Virus record (IMG/VR): IMGVR_UViG_3300018428_007035
Coordinates: 1-31,496 of that record
Origin: a virus
Taxonomy: Duplodnaviria; Caudoviricetes
Direction: 5' to 3' (one strand)
Length of the DNA stretch: 31,496 bases
Part shown: positions 8,167-16,407 of the stretch, in pieces
Numbering within the stretch: the stretch's first letter is position 1
How the letters are laid out: every line of letters starts with the position of its first letter
Made by a program: the position numbers and the translations under genes
Notes under the pieces: model-generated
The model's input: the letters and a program-made list of their open reading frames with translations, nothing else
What the model was told of the DNA's origin: nothing
Databases searched by the model: none

Positions 8167-9301
8167 CTGGCAAAATTAATTCTCTAAAGAACTTGATTAA
8201 GAAATCTTTGACTTCTTCGTTAGATTCTATGAAAGTATTGAATTTAGCTTCGCCTTGAATTGTCTCAGGTATTTCCAGATTATTTTCTTTAAGCTCTTTT
8301 CGTAGATCTTCTGAAAAAGAAATCCAAGCACCTTTCTTTTCGGCATAACCCCATAAGTAAAGCATTTCTAGTAACTCCAGCTCATTCCAAATACTTTTGC
8401 CTCCTGTTCGACCATAAATAATAGGATACTTGATTATAGAGTTAGTTTTTTCATTAGGACTCTTTTTGATAATGATTTTTGCGTAATGACCAATGTATTT
8501 ATTTTTATCAGCATTATACTTTTCGTTGGGTTTTTCAAGTATCATATCGCCCTTAAAACGAGGTTCAAATTCTAAAATAAAATTAGCAAAATGAAGTAAT
8601 GCGTTGCCACCTGTGGCGGTAGTTTGCCTTGGGGTTCCTTTTGCGTATGGGTCAAGCTGAATGTCAGCCCTCACTTGGCTAATAAAGATAGCCATATGGC
8701 CTCTTTTCGCTAAAGCAATACTAACACGCTTCATAAAGTCCGAAGCAAGCACAGCTCCTGCCGCTACTTTACGAGACTCTTCGAAGGTTTTCTCCATATC
8801 ATTTTTCGTTATCAAACCATCAACGCTATCCAACAAAAAACAATACTTAATACCCTCTTCATTATCAAAGACCCTTTCCCTTAAAGCTTGCACAACTGTT
8901 TCATAAACATTGCACTCAAAAACAAAACAATTTCCATTTTCCCACTTATCTGGATCGGTAGTAAAATCAACCCCAGAACGCTTTTGCATATCTGGACTTA
9001 ATCTCCCTTCAGCTTTGATATAAAAACCTCTTGAGTTTGGCACTGTCTTGAGAAAATTTTTCATTACTTCTAATGCCTCAGAGGTTTTACCCCCTTCATT
9101 CATTCCTGTAAACCTGTGCAGACCCGGGCCAAAACCCCCGCTTAATGCGAAATCCACCATCAAGCTGCCTGAAGAAATTTTATAATTTATTTCTTCTTCG
9201 TAATTGTAATGATCTGATTGGTTTGTTTTTAGGAAATTAGCAAGCTTTTGATTAACGTTTAGTTTGTCAGCTTCTTTTGCCTTAGTTTTTGTTCTAGCCA
9301 T
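8156..9301 (-). CDS. recA: RecA/UvsX-like recombinase
   Basis: ISSGSLMVDFALSGG, Walker A GMNEGGKTS, FLLDSVDGL, FISQVRADI, TGGNALLHFA. Confidence 0.88.
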   Translation of the reverse strand: MARTKTKAKEADKLNVNQKLANFLKTNQSDHYNYEEEINYKISSGSLMVDFALSGGFGPGLHRFTGMNEGGKTSEALEVMKNFLKTVPNSRGFYIKAEGRLSPDMQKRSGVDFTTDPDKWENGNCFVFECNVYETVVQALRERVFDNEEGIKYCFLLDSVDGLITKNDMEKTFEESRKVAAGAVLASDFMKRVSIALAKRGHMAIFISQVRADIQLDPYAKGTPRQTTATGGNALLHFANFILEFEPRFKGDMILEKPNEKYNADKNKYIGHYAKIIIKKSPNEKTNSIIKYPIIYGRTGGKSIWNELELLEMLYLWGYAEKKGAWISFSEDLRKELKENNLEIPETIQGEAKFNTFIESNEEVKDFLIKFFRELILPDDI

Positions 9302-9626
9302 TTAAAAAATTCCTTAGAGTTTTAGGTTTAGGTTTTTTGATTATATCTTTTCCAAATTTTTTATCAGAAAGTACGATCTCCTGATCTTTAGCAAAAGTCA
9401 TATGGAAATCTCTGTACCTTTGACGTAGTATTTCATTAAAAGGGTATGCGTAAAGTTGGGCTAAGCTTGCAAGCTTTTCTGGAAGCTTCAATTTCTTCCA
9501 GAAGTCTAAATCTGGATATTTTTCTATCAAACCTTTGAGCAGCTTCGTTTCCTTACCCCAAAATCCCCTTTTTGTATCGATAACCACGATATTTCCAATG
9601 ATTTCCGTGAGACGTGGTTTCGGCAT
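9294..9626 (-). CDS. Hypothetical protein, first gene of the replication operon (probably leaderless, start MPKPR)
   Basis: The ORF-track start at 9665 lies within the promoter/terminator; ATG 9626 is 7 nt below the -10 box. Confidence 0.7.
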   Translation of the reverse strand: MPKPRLTEIIGNIVVIDTKRGFWGKETKLLKGLIEKYPDLDFWKKLKLPEKLASLAQLYAYPFNEILRQRYRDFHMTFAKDQEIVLSDKKFGKDIIKKPKPKTLRNFLNG

Positions 9627-9633
9627 ATCATAC

Positions 9634-9662
9634 ATAATACTACCCAAAAGCAATCGTGTCAA
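9634..9662 (-). promoter_or_regulatory. Sigma70-type promoter
   Basis: TTGACA (9662-9657), 17-nt spacer, TATTAT (9639-9634). Confidence 0.8.
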
Positions 9663-9663
9663 C

Positions 9664-9689
9664 AAAAAAAACCCCCGAAACCGGGGGTT
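9664..9689 (-). terminator. Rho-independent terminator
   Basis: AACCCCCG-GTTT-CGGGGGTT followed by a T run on the minus strand, downstream of the 9722 gene. Confidence 0.88.
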
Positions 9690-9721
9690 GACTTAGCCTT
9701 TATATCTTATCGACCGCCAAG

Positions 9722-10228
9722 TTACTCTTGAGGAGGGTTAGCAGACTGAAGATCTGGGTTTTTTAGCTTGCTTTGTTCAGCTTTTCGTTTGATTTCTTCG
9801 TCGATTTTGTAGCCCTCTTTATTAATAGGTCTAGTATCCTCGAATGGAGTCCCTACATCTTTCACTGGAACATATTTATCGGGGAAAACTGCTATTTGGG
9901 TTGCATCAAGCTCACCCATCTCTTTCTCGCCTTCTTCGCTTAAATCACCTTGTTTTTTCATTCTTTCAAGGATCGCTTTTTTAAGTGCGGGAGGAAGATT
10001 TTTTTGTTTTTCTGTAAGCCCACCATCGCCAGTTTCAAGCATCTCTGCCCTCATTTTCATATACTGCATGGCGCACATAGCAGTTGTATCATCATTGCTC
10101 ATACCAGCTGTGTCGACAAACATGTCGTCGTTCATTGCGCAAGAGCTCATGAATACATTTTTGATTTCAGTTTCATCTTTGCCGTAATCAGCAAAGCAAA
10201 CCTCTACTTTATCTTTATGATTTTTCAT
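9722..10228 (-). CDS. Hypothetical phage protein
   Basis: Charged 168 aa containing GLTEKQKNLPPALKKAILERMKK, a segment I recall from uncultured phage proteins; function unknown. Confidence 0.75.
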   Translation of the reverse strand: MKNHKDKVEVCFADYGKDETEIKNVFMSSCAMNDDMFVDTAGMSNDDTTAMCAMQYMKMRAEMLETGDGGLTEKQKNLPPALKKAILERMKKQGDLSEEGEKEMGELDATQIAVFPDKYVPVKDVGTPFEDTRPINKEGYKIDEEIKRKAEQSKLKNPDLQSANPPQE

Positions 10229-10245
10229 TTTAAATTTTAAATGGT

Positions 10246-10911
10246 TTAATTGTCGGTGATTCCTATTTGCTCTTCAGCTTCATCATTGTATTTTAAATAG
10301 CCATAAATAGCATCAACATAATCTTCTATTTTGGTTACTTTCGACAAAACCCAACCTTCCACTTCTTGTTGAGAGCCCATGATGTCTATTAATTCAAGCA
10401 GTTGATCGCTAGCTTTTTTAAGCTGAGATTTAGCCATTTCCACACTTTCTTCAGAGCTAGCTTGGGAATGATTGCATCCGCACCCGCTTCCGCAACCACA
10501 TTCGTCTGATTCGTCGCTTTCTTGCGCAGAAGCAAGAGAAGGGTTAATCAAAAGTAATTCGTTTTGATCCCATAGCTCTTTGCCATCCCAGCTAGCTTCT
10601 AAGCCTTTTGTGTATTCAGTGACTGATTTGCCTTTTTCCCACATTTTACAGCTCCAATAGCGAGCTTTCCATTTTGGTCCGGGCTTACTATCACATTGAT
10701 GGCGAGCTCTAAAATTTTTGCGACGGTTAGGATCATCTCTTTTGATTTCCATGTTTGGGTCGCCAAATCGCACCAAAACTACATTACCTTTATCGTTTTT
10801 AACATAAACACCAAACTTCTTAGGTCCTTTGGGTGTTCTAAAAGGTTTATTTAAAGTTTTATTCTGCTTATCTGCAGCAATTGAGCTATTTAAATCTACT
10901 TTAATATTCAT
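10246..10911 (-). CDS. Hypothetical two-module phage protein (basic N-domain, Cys/Gly linker, acidic helical C-domain)
   Basis: VRFGDPNMEIKRDDPNRRKNFRARHQC..ARYWSCKMW; ECGCGSGCGCNH; EMAKSQLK..WVLSKVTKIEDYVD. Confidence 0.78.
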   Translation of the reverse strand: MNIKVDLNSSIAADKQNKTLNKPFRTPKGPKKFGVYVKNDKGNVVLVRFGDPNMEIKRDDPNRRKNFRARHQCDSKPGPKWKARYWSCKMWEKGKSVTEYTKGLEASWDGKELWDQNELLLINPSLASAQESDESDECGCGSGCGCNHSQASSEESVEMAKSQLKKASDQLLELIDIMGSQQEVEGWVLSKVTKIEDYVDAIYGYLKYNDEAEEQIGITDN

Positions 10912-10913
10912 TT

Positions 10914-11498
10914 TTAAAATTTATCTAAATATTGTTGAGCGTTATAAAGATCTACCTCAGAAAAAGCGGAGGCTAATTGATCAAAATCTATCATTGGGTC
11001 TCCAACTTTATCGATATCTCGATAAAAATCATAGCCGCTTTTAGCTACATCTTGATCAGCTTTTCTATACGCCTCTTTAACTTTACCGCCTCTCATCATT
11101 TTGAGAAACATGTTTACCCTTGCCATGGCCCACTGATCTCTTGATTTTCCGGGTCTGTGGCTAGAAGAAAAGGCTCCTGCTCCTCTGCGGTAAACCTTTT
11201 TAAGCTGAGTGAGGGATACTTTTTTAGAGTATTTTTTATTGTGTTCCGCTACTTTATTTTTTAAAGCTTTTGTTACTTTATCAGAAAAAGTAATCGCAGC
11301 CTTAGAATTATCAACTAAGGTTTTGTCGTCTTTTTTCTGTAGATTTTTTTCAGCTTTTTCTTTAGCGTCAGGCTTTGTGCCTGCGGAACCGGGAGGGTTG
11401 ACTTTTGAACCCTTCTTTTTTTCTTCTGGTTTAGCTGGAGTTTGAGCTGAGCTTTTTGGCCCTGATCTAGCAGATTCATTAATACTCAATTCTTTCAT
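10914..11498 (-). CDS. Basic viral hypothetical protein (tentatively DUF5824-like)
   Basis: LKKVYRRGAGAFSSSHRPG..QWAMARVNMF resembles a motif I recall from aquatic phages and giant viruses; Lys-rich N-terminus. Confidence 0.7.
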   Translation of the reverse strand: MKELSINESARSGPKSSAQTPAKPEEKKKGSKVNPPGSAGTKPDAKEKAEKNLQKKDDKTLVDNSKAAITFSDKVTKALKNKVAEHNKKYSKKVSLTQLKKVYRRGAGAFSSSHRPGKSRDQWAMARVNMFLKMMRGGKVKEAYRKADQDVAKSGYDFYRDIDKVGDPMIDFDQLASAFSEVDLYNAQQYLDKF

Positions 11499-11504
11499 AT
11501 TCTA

Positions 11505-11519
11505 TAGGTATTATACACT
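11505..11519 (-). promoter_or_regulatory. AGTGTA motif (copy 2), includes TATAAT
   Basis: AGTGTATAATACCTA; the AGTGTA core lies 15 nt above ATG 11498. Confidence 0.5.
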
Positions 11520-11545
11520 AAAAAGAATATAACAAGAAAAGTAGA

Positions 11546-12691
11546 TTAATATTCTTTTGTTATAGGGGTAAGCTCATCATCAATCTGTAATAAATCATCA
11601 ATTTTTTGTTTTAGATTAGCATCCATATTGTAAATAGTAAACAATTCTACATCATACGGATCACTGAGCATATCAAAATTGCAATCTTTTAACTTTTGAG
11701 CATATTCAATTTGCTTATCAATATTTCCAAGCCGAGAATGTAAAGAATAAAGCCTATAAATTGGCTCTGGCCTGTAGTCTCTGGCCTCATGGGCTTCTTT
11801 ATACTTTTCTAAAGCTTTATTATAGTCACCTAACCTTTCATAGATAAGGCCAAGGTTCCTTAATGAAACCCATAATTCGTGGGCATTAGGATGTAAAATT
11901 TTTATAAGCTCTTGGTGATAATAAACGCCTTTTTTCAAAAACATTTCTAATCCAGATTTACCATAAGGGAAAAACTTATAAGCCCATTCGCAATCCATTC
12001 CCATGCCTGTGTAAATGAAAGATCTACATAAGTAATACAAATGGTATGTTTCATCCTTTTGAGTTGCACCATCTCTAAACCTTTCATGAATCTGTATTTC
12101 TAACTTTAAAACATCTTTGATGTATTTTATAGGGTCAGAGTAGGATTGGCCTTGACCTGTAGATATGTGCCGAAAACCGTATGGTAATACTGGCTGCTCA
12201 GGATCTCTACCGTCTTTTAAATGAATAGTTTCATGTGCTGCATCATTTTTCCAATACCAATCTAACTTAGAATTCCATAACCACATTCTTGGAATGATTC
12301 CGACGCCTGACCTATATATAATTTGATATGCATCATGGCCTTTGATAGAAGACCAATCGAAATCATAATCAACCTGTAGTGCTTCATCTGCATCTATCCT
12401 TAAAATGTAATCACAAAAATGGTCTGTCTCACAAAGACGCTCCCATGCATATTGCCTGTTTATGCCCGGGTTTATCCATCCATTTTCGTTTTGATATAAT
12501 TTGCCATCAATACCGTGTTTATCAAAAAAATCTTGGATTATTTGCTGTGTACCATCTATTGAACCGTTATCAACAATAACCCAATAATCAATATAATCTA
12601 CTGCCGATTGCAGCATTTTTTCTATGATATGAGCTTCATCTTGAACATGAGTCCAAAGACATAACCTTACTTTATTTTGCTTCTTTGCCAT
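11546..12691 (-). CDS. GT2-family glycosyltransferase with C-terminal TPR
   Basis: VQDEAHII, IVDNGSIDGT, ILRIDADE, HE motif; TPR LRNLGLIYERLGDYNKALEKYKEA..RPEP. Confidence 0.85.
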   Translation of the reverse strand: MAKKQNKVRLCLWTHVQDEAHIIEKMLQSAVDYIDYWVIVDNGSIDGTQQIIQDFFDKHGIDGKLYQNENGWINPGINRQYAWERLCETDHFCDYILRIDADEALQVDYDFDWSSIKGHDAYQIIYRSGVGIIPRMWLWNSKLDWYWKNDAAHETIHLKDGRDPEQPVLPYGFRHISTGQGQSYSDPIKYIKDVLKLEIQIHERFRDGATQKDETYHLYYLCRSFIYTGMGMDCEWAYKFFPYGKSGLEMFLKKGVYYHQELIKILHPNAHELWVSLRNLGLIYERLGDYNKALEKYKEAHEARDYRPEPIYRLYSLHSRLGNIDKQIEYAQKLKDCNFDMLSDPYDVELFTIYNMDANLKQKIDDLLQIDDELTPITKEY

Positions 12692-13670
12692 TGAAATACC
12701 TATCTAATTTCATCATTGTTTGCGCTACCGCAGTATCAAGATCTATATATTTATATGTAGCTAAGCGACCTGTAAAAATTACATTGCGTTCTTTTTTAAC
12801 TAAGCTGTTATATTGTTTGAATAGCAAAGGATTTTCTCCGTAATTTTTAGGGTAGAAAGGCTCATTGCTATCATCATGCTCACAAGAATACTCTCTATGA
12901 GTTATTGTTTTTTCAACATTTTGATTATAAAAAAATGAATGATCAATTTCTCTTAACCATTTTTTATCTTGATTGCATTCATTAACTTGAAAATATTTTT
13001 GTTTTGGTTTTTCAAGCCAGTCGAAAATCAAAGACCTATACCCAAGCCTACCATAACAATAATTAAAATATTGATCTATTTTACCTGTATAGACAAAAAG
13101 ATCTGCCGTTTGTTTTTTCCAATCATTGTCACTGCACCCAACATGAACTCTTATACCATCCAGCATATTCGTAAACATCTCCACATAACCATTTACTGGC
13201 ACACCGTGATACTTATCTTTATGGTAGCAAGGGTTTATGCCTTCACGTATTCTAGGTATTCTTGCTGTGATTTCTGCGGGTAAATCCTCCCACTTTTTGC
13301 CCCACATTTTTTCACTGTAATCTCTAAAAATTAAGTCTACAATACTATCAGGAGTTTGGGGGCCTATGATATCTTTACCCCTATCATCAAATGGAATAGG
13401 TATTATGCCTTTCTTAGTATCGGCATAAACAATAGGGCAAAAAGTATTAAACTTTGAAAATTGATTAACAAAGTTCCATATTTTGTTTGTATTAGTATGA
13501 AAAACATGAGCTCCGTATTTATGAACAACAACACCGTTTTGAATTTCATCATAACAATTGCCAGCTATATGGGGCCTTGTTTCAAAAATTTCAACATCGT
13601 AACCTTTTGTTTTTAAAAGGAATGCTGCTGTAGCCCCTGAAATCCCACAACCAACGATAACAGCTTTCAT
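12672..13670 (-). CDS. glf: UDP-galactopyranose mutase
   Basis: IVGCGISG, HIAGNCYD, HKYGAHVFHT, YSEKMWG, YRSL, EPFYP, GRLATYKY. Confidence 0.92.
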   Translation of the reverse strand: MKAVIVGCGISGATAAFLLKTKGYDVEIFETRPHIAGNCYDEIQNGVVVHKYGAHVFHTNTNKIWNFVNQFSKFNTFCPIVYADTKKGIIPIPFDDRGKDIIGPQTPDSIVDLIFRDYSEKMWGKKWEDLPAEITARIPRIREGINPCYHKDKYHGVPVNGYVEMFTNMLDGIRVHVGCSDNDWKKQTADLFVYTGKIDQYFNYCYGRLGYRSLIFDWLEKPKQKYFQVNECNQDKKWLREIDHSFFYNQNVEKTITHREYSCEHDDSNEPFYPKNYGENPLLFKQYNSLVKKERNVIFTGRLATYKYIDLDTAVAQTMMKLDRYFNGKEAK

Positions 13671-13671
13671 A

Positions 13672-15318
13672 CTAAGCTTCGCAGGAAGAACATGTTAATA
13701 TACTTCTCGATAATTCTTGAGCTGGATTCGCACTGCGTTGATAATAAAAACCTTTTATACCTAACCTCCATCCTTCGATCAATAACTCACTTACCTCTTT
13801 TGGGCTAGCCTCAAGAGGAACCATTATGTTCAAAGATTGACCTTGATCAATTTGTTTTTGGCGAGTGGACGCTTGAATCACGATTTCTTTTTGGGAAATT
13901 TCACCAAAAGTTTTAAACACATCTTTTTCATGTGAATCTAAAAAAGATAAATGTTGCACAGATCCTCCTTTTACCAATATAGACTTCCATACTTCATTTG
14001 TATCTTTTTTCTTTGAAGCAAGAAGATCTTTAAGGTATGGATTCTTATAAGTGAATTTACCTTTGGCTAAATCCTTAACAAAATAATTAGAATTCAGTGG
14101 CTCAATGGAAGGAGAAACTTGCCCCAAAATAAAAGAACTGGAAGTTGTAGGGGCAATGGCCATTGTATGAGTATTGCGTCTACCATAACCTTTCAACACA
14201 GGAGCTTCGCCACAAATTTCAGCTAGCGATGCAGTAGCTTTATCGCATTTTTTTCTGATTGATTTGAAAATATTATTATTTAACATTTTGGCTTCAATCG
14301 TTTCGAAACCTATCATTTTAGATTGCAATAAAGAATGCCACCCTAAAACCCCAAGACCCAATGCCCTGTGATTCTTAGCAAAAGCATGAGGATGATGCAT
14401 AAAAGGTAAGTTTTTAGTTTTTTGAACAAACTCTTCGTTTACCGCATCAAGAAAATATACAAGAGTTTCTACTGCATCGGTTTTAGCTATGGCATCCCAG
14501 TGGACTAAATTAAGAGAGGATAAAACACAAACAAAAGAATTTTTGCAATCTGAAGCCAAAGCAATTTCGTTGCATAAATTCTGAGATTTAACTTCTAACC
14601 CTTTATCTTTATAAACTTGAGGATTATTATTGTTTACGTTATCGATAAAAGTAATGTACGGATAGCCAGTTTCAAACCTTTTCCGTATGATTTTACCCCA
14701 AATGCTTCTTTTCTTGGAATCACCATTGAGCATTGAGTTCATCCAATCATCCGTTATCGTTACAGCTATACTTAAGCTTTGAATAGGGTGGCCATTGCCT
14801 CGTATTTTTAAAAACTCTTCTATATCGGGATGTTCTACCGGTAAATAGGCAGCAAAACTGCCTCTACGTGCACTTCCTTGGCTAACAACTTCAGAAATTT
14901 TATCAAATATTTCTAAAAAATGAACTGGTCCACTTGATTCTCCTCCTACGCTAATAGCAGCCCCTCTATGCCTAAGGTCACCAAAGTATCCTGAAGTACC
15001 GCCACCCATTTTACTCATCATGCCGACTTCTGCAGCCTTATAAAGTATAGACTCCATAGTGTCACTAACATGAGAATTAAAACAAGAAACGGGTAATCCC
15101 CTTTTGTTTCCGAAGTTAGTCCACACAGGAGTAGCAAGAGAGTAAAACCCCTTGCTCATATACTTATAAAACTTATCAGAAAAACCTTTGATGTTTAAGA
15201 TTTTTTCAGCATTGTCTGATATCTCTTTTGTTCTATCTTCTGCGGTTTGCCCCTCTTTGAGGTAACCTCTTTTGAGGAAAGTTCTTGAATCCTCATTCAA
15301 CCAGTAAAATTTTTCCAT
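13672..15318 (-). CDS. nrdA: Class I ribonucleotide reductase alpha subunit (short, no ATP cone)
   Basis: PVSCF, SQNLCNEI, FVCVLSS, AIAPTTSSS, FYYQRS, C-terminal CSSCEA. Start set at MEKFYWL, 1 nt after the nrdB stop. Confidence 0.95.
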   Translation of the reverse strand: MEKFYWLNEDSRTFLKRGYLKEGQTAEDRTKEISDNAEKILNIKGFSDKFYKYMSKGFYSLATPVWTNFGNKRGLPVSCFNSHVSDTMESILYKAAEVGMMSKMGGGTSGYFGDLRHRGAAISVGGESSGPVHFLEIFDKISEVVSQGSARRGSFAAYLPVEHPDIEEFLKIRGNGHPIQSLSIAVTITDDWMNSMLNGDSKKRSIWGKIIRKRFETGYPYITFIDNVNNNNPQVYKDKGLEVKSQNLCNEIALASDCKNSFVCVLSSLNLVHWDAIAKTDAVETLVYFLDAVNEEFVQKTKNLPFMHHPHAFAKNHRALGLGVLGWHSLLQSKMIGFETIEAKMLNNNIFKSIRKKCDKATASLAEICGEAPVLKGYGRRNTHTMAIAPTTSSSFILGQVSPSIEPLNSNYFVKDLAKGKFTYKNPYLKDLLASKKKDTNEVWKSILVKGGSVQHLSFLDSHEKDVFKTFGEISQKEIVIQASTRQKQIDQGQSLNIMVPLEASPKEVSELLIEGWRLGIKGFYYQRSANPAQELSRSILTCSSCEA

Positions 15319-15319
15319 A

Positions 15320-16288
15320 TTAAAATAAGTCTTCTTCGCTGAAACTTTTGTTTGATTTAGAATATTCTGTTGGGCGAGACGCAAAAAAGTCTGTCATCAT
15401 GTTTCCTAACACTTCTTCGTCAAACCAAGTTGTACGAGAAATGAGGTCTTGGTCAATATCAAAAATTTTCTTGAACCCAATTTGATCAAGAGATTCATTT
15501 ATTCTACTTTTGACAAACTCTTTTAAAATAGCTGCAGACATCAAATCTTTTTGGATGCCATTGACTATCCAGTCGATTATTTTTTCTTCTGCCTTAAAAG
15601 CTTCTTCAGCTTCCGCTAAAATCTTAGACTCCAAATCTTCATCAAAAAGCTCAGGATGCTCTTCTTTGATAGTGTTGACTAATTTAATCCCAATCTTAGC
15701 ATGAATGTCTTCTTCTCTTGCTGTGTATTTTGTTTGCTGATTAGTATCTTTCAATAAATTTTTCTTACCAAACCAATTGATAACGTAAAATTGACTAAAT
15801 AGGGATGTATTCTCTACAAACAAAGTAAACAAAATTAAAGCGTAAACAAATTGTTTTTTAGAATCTTTGTAAAATCTATGAGTATATTTTCGGAGATACT
15901 TGACTCGACCTTGGATAAAATCAAGCTTCATATTTTCTTCGAAAACCTCTTCTAAATCAAGAAGCTTCAAAAGTCTTTCGTACGCATTGTTATGGATAAC
16001 TTCTATATTAGCCATGACATAACCCAAATCACGAATAGAAGGATGAGGAAGATTATCGCCTATCTTAGCCCAAAATGTTTTTACAGCAATTTCAATTTGA
16101 GCAATAGCCGAAAGAGTACGAATAATAATTTGTTGCTCTTGGTCAGTGAGCTTAACGTGAAAATCTTGAATATCTGAGGAAAAAGAGAATTCTTTATCAG
16201 TCCAGTGGCCTTCCCACATAGATCTCATAAATTCTTCTGTCCAAGGGTAATAGTCCGGTTTGCGTGAAATTTGTTCTTCGAAAATCAT
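15320..16288 (-). CDS. nrdB: Class I ribonucleotide reductase beta subunit, class Id-like
   Basis: AQIEIAVKTFW, EVIHNNAY, FVENTSLFSQF, EEDIH, DFFASRPTEYSK. Confidence 0.93.
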   Translation of the reverse strand: MIFEEQISRKPDYYPWTEEFMRSMWEGHWTDKEFSFSSDIQDFHVKLTDQEQQIIIRTLSAIAQIEIAVKTFWAKIGDNLPHPSIRDLGYVMANIEVIHNNAYERLLKLLDLEEVFEENMKLDFIQGRVKYLRKYTHRFYKDSKKQFVYALILFTLFVENTSLFSQFYVINWFGKKNLLKDTNQQTKYTAREEDIHAKIGIKLVNTIKEEHPELFDEDLESKILAEAEEAFKAEEKIIDWIVNGIQKDLMSAAILKEFVKSRINESLDQIGFKKIFDIDQDLISRTTWFDEEVLGNMMTDFFASRPTEYSKSNKSFSEEDLF

Positions 16289-16298
16289 AGCTTTAGAT

Positions 16299-16313
16299 AA
16301 GATATTTTACACT
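16299..16313 (-). promoter_or_regulatory. AGTGTA motif (copy 3) upstream of nrdB
   Basis: AGTGTAAAATATCTT; the AGTGTA core lies 19 nt above ATG 16288. Confidence 0.5.
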
Positions 16314-16350
16314 CCACAAAAGGCGAGAGAAAAGAACCTTCAAAGTTATT

Positions 16351-16377
16351 AAAAAACCTTATCGGCAAGATAAGGTT
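16351..16377 (-). terminator. Hairpin with T-tract, probable intrinsic terminator
   Basis: AACCTTATC-TTGCC-GATAAGGTT-TTTT: perfect 9-bp stem downstream of gmd. Confidence 0.65.
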
Positions 16378-16392
16378 CAATCTCTAGCTAAG

Positions 16393-16407
16393 TCTATATA
16401 TTACACT
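16393..16407 (-). promoter_or_regulatory. AGTGTA motif (copy 4) at the gmd stop codon
   Basis: AGTGTAATATATAGA. Confidence 0.45.

Noticed and set aside
9690-9721. Weak hairpin and short matches (GACTTAGC, CTTATC) to the nrdB leader in opposite orientation
   Set aside because: Matches of 6-10 nt in AT-rich DNA are too short to support an antisense interaction.
15319-15384. ORF-track N-terminal extensions of nrdA (also gmd to 17507 and the 9294 ORF to 9665)
   Set aside because: The extensions overlap upstream genes or signals; downstream ATGs fit coupling and domain starts better.
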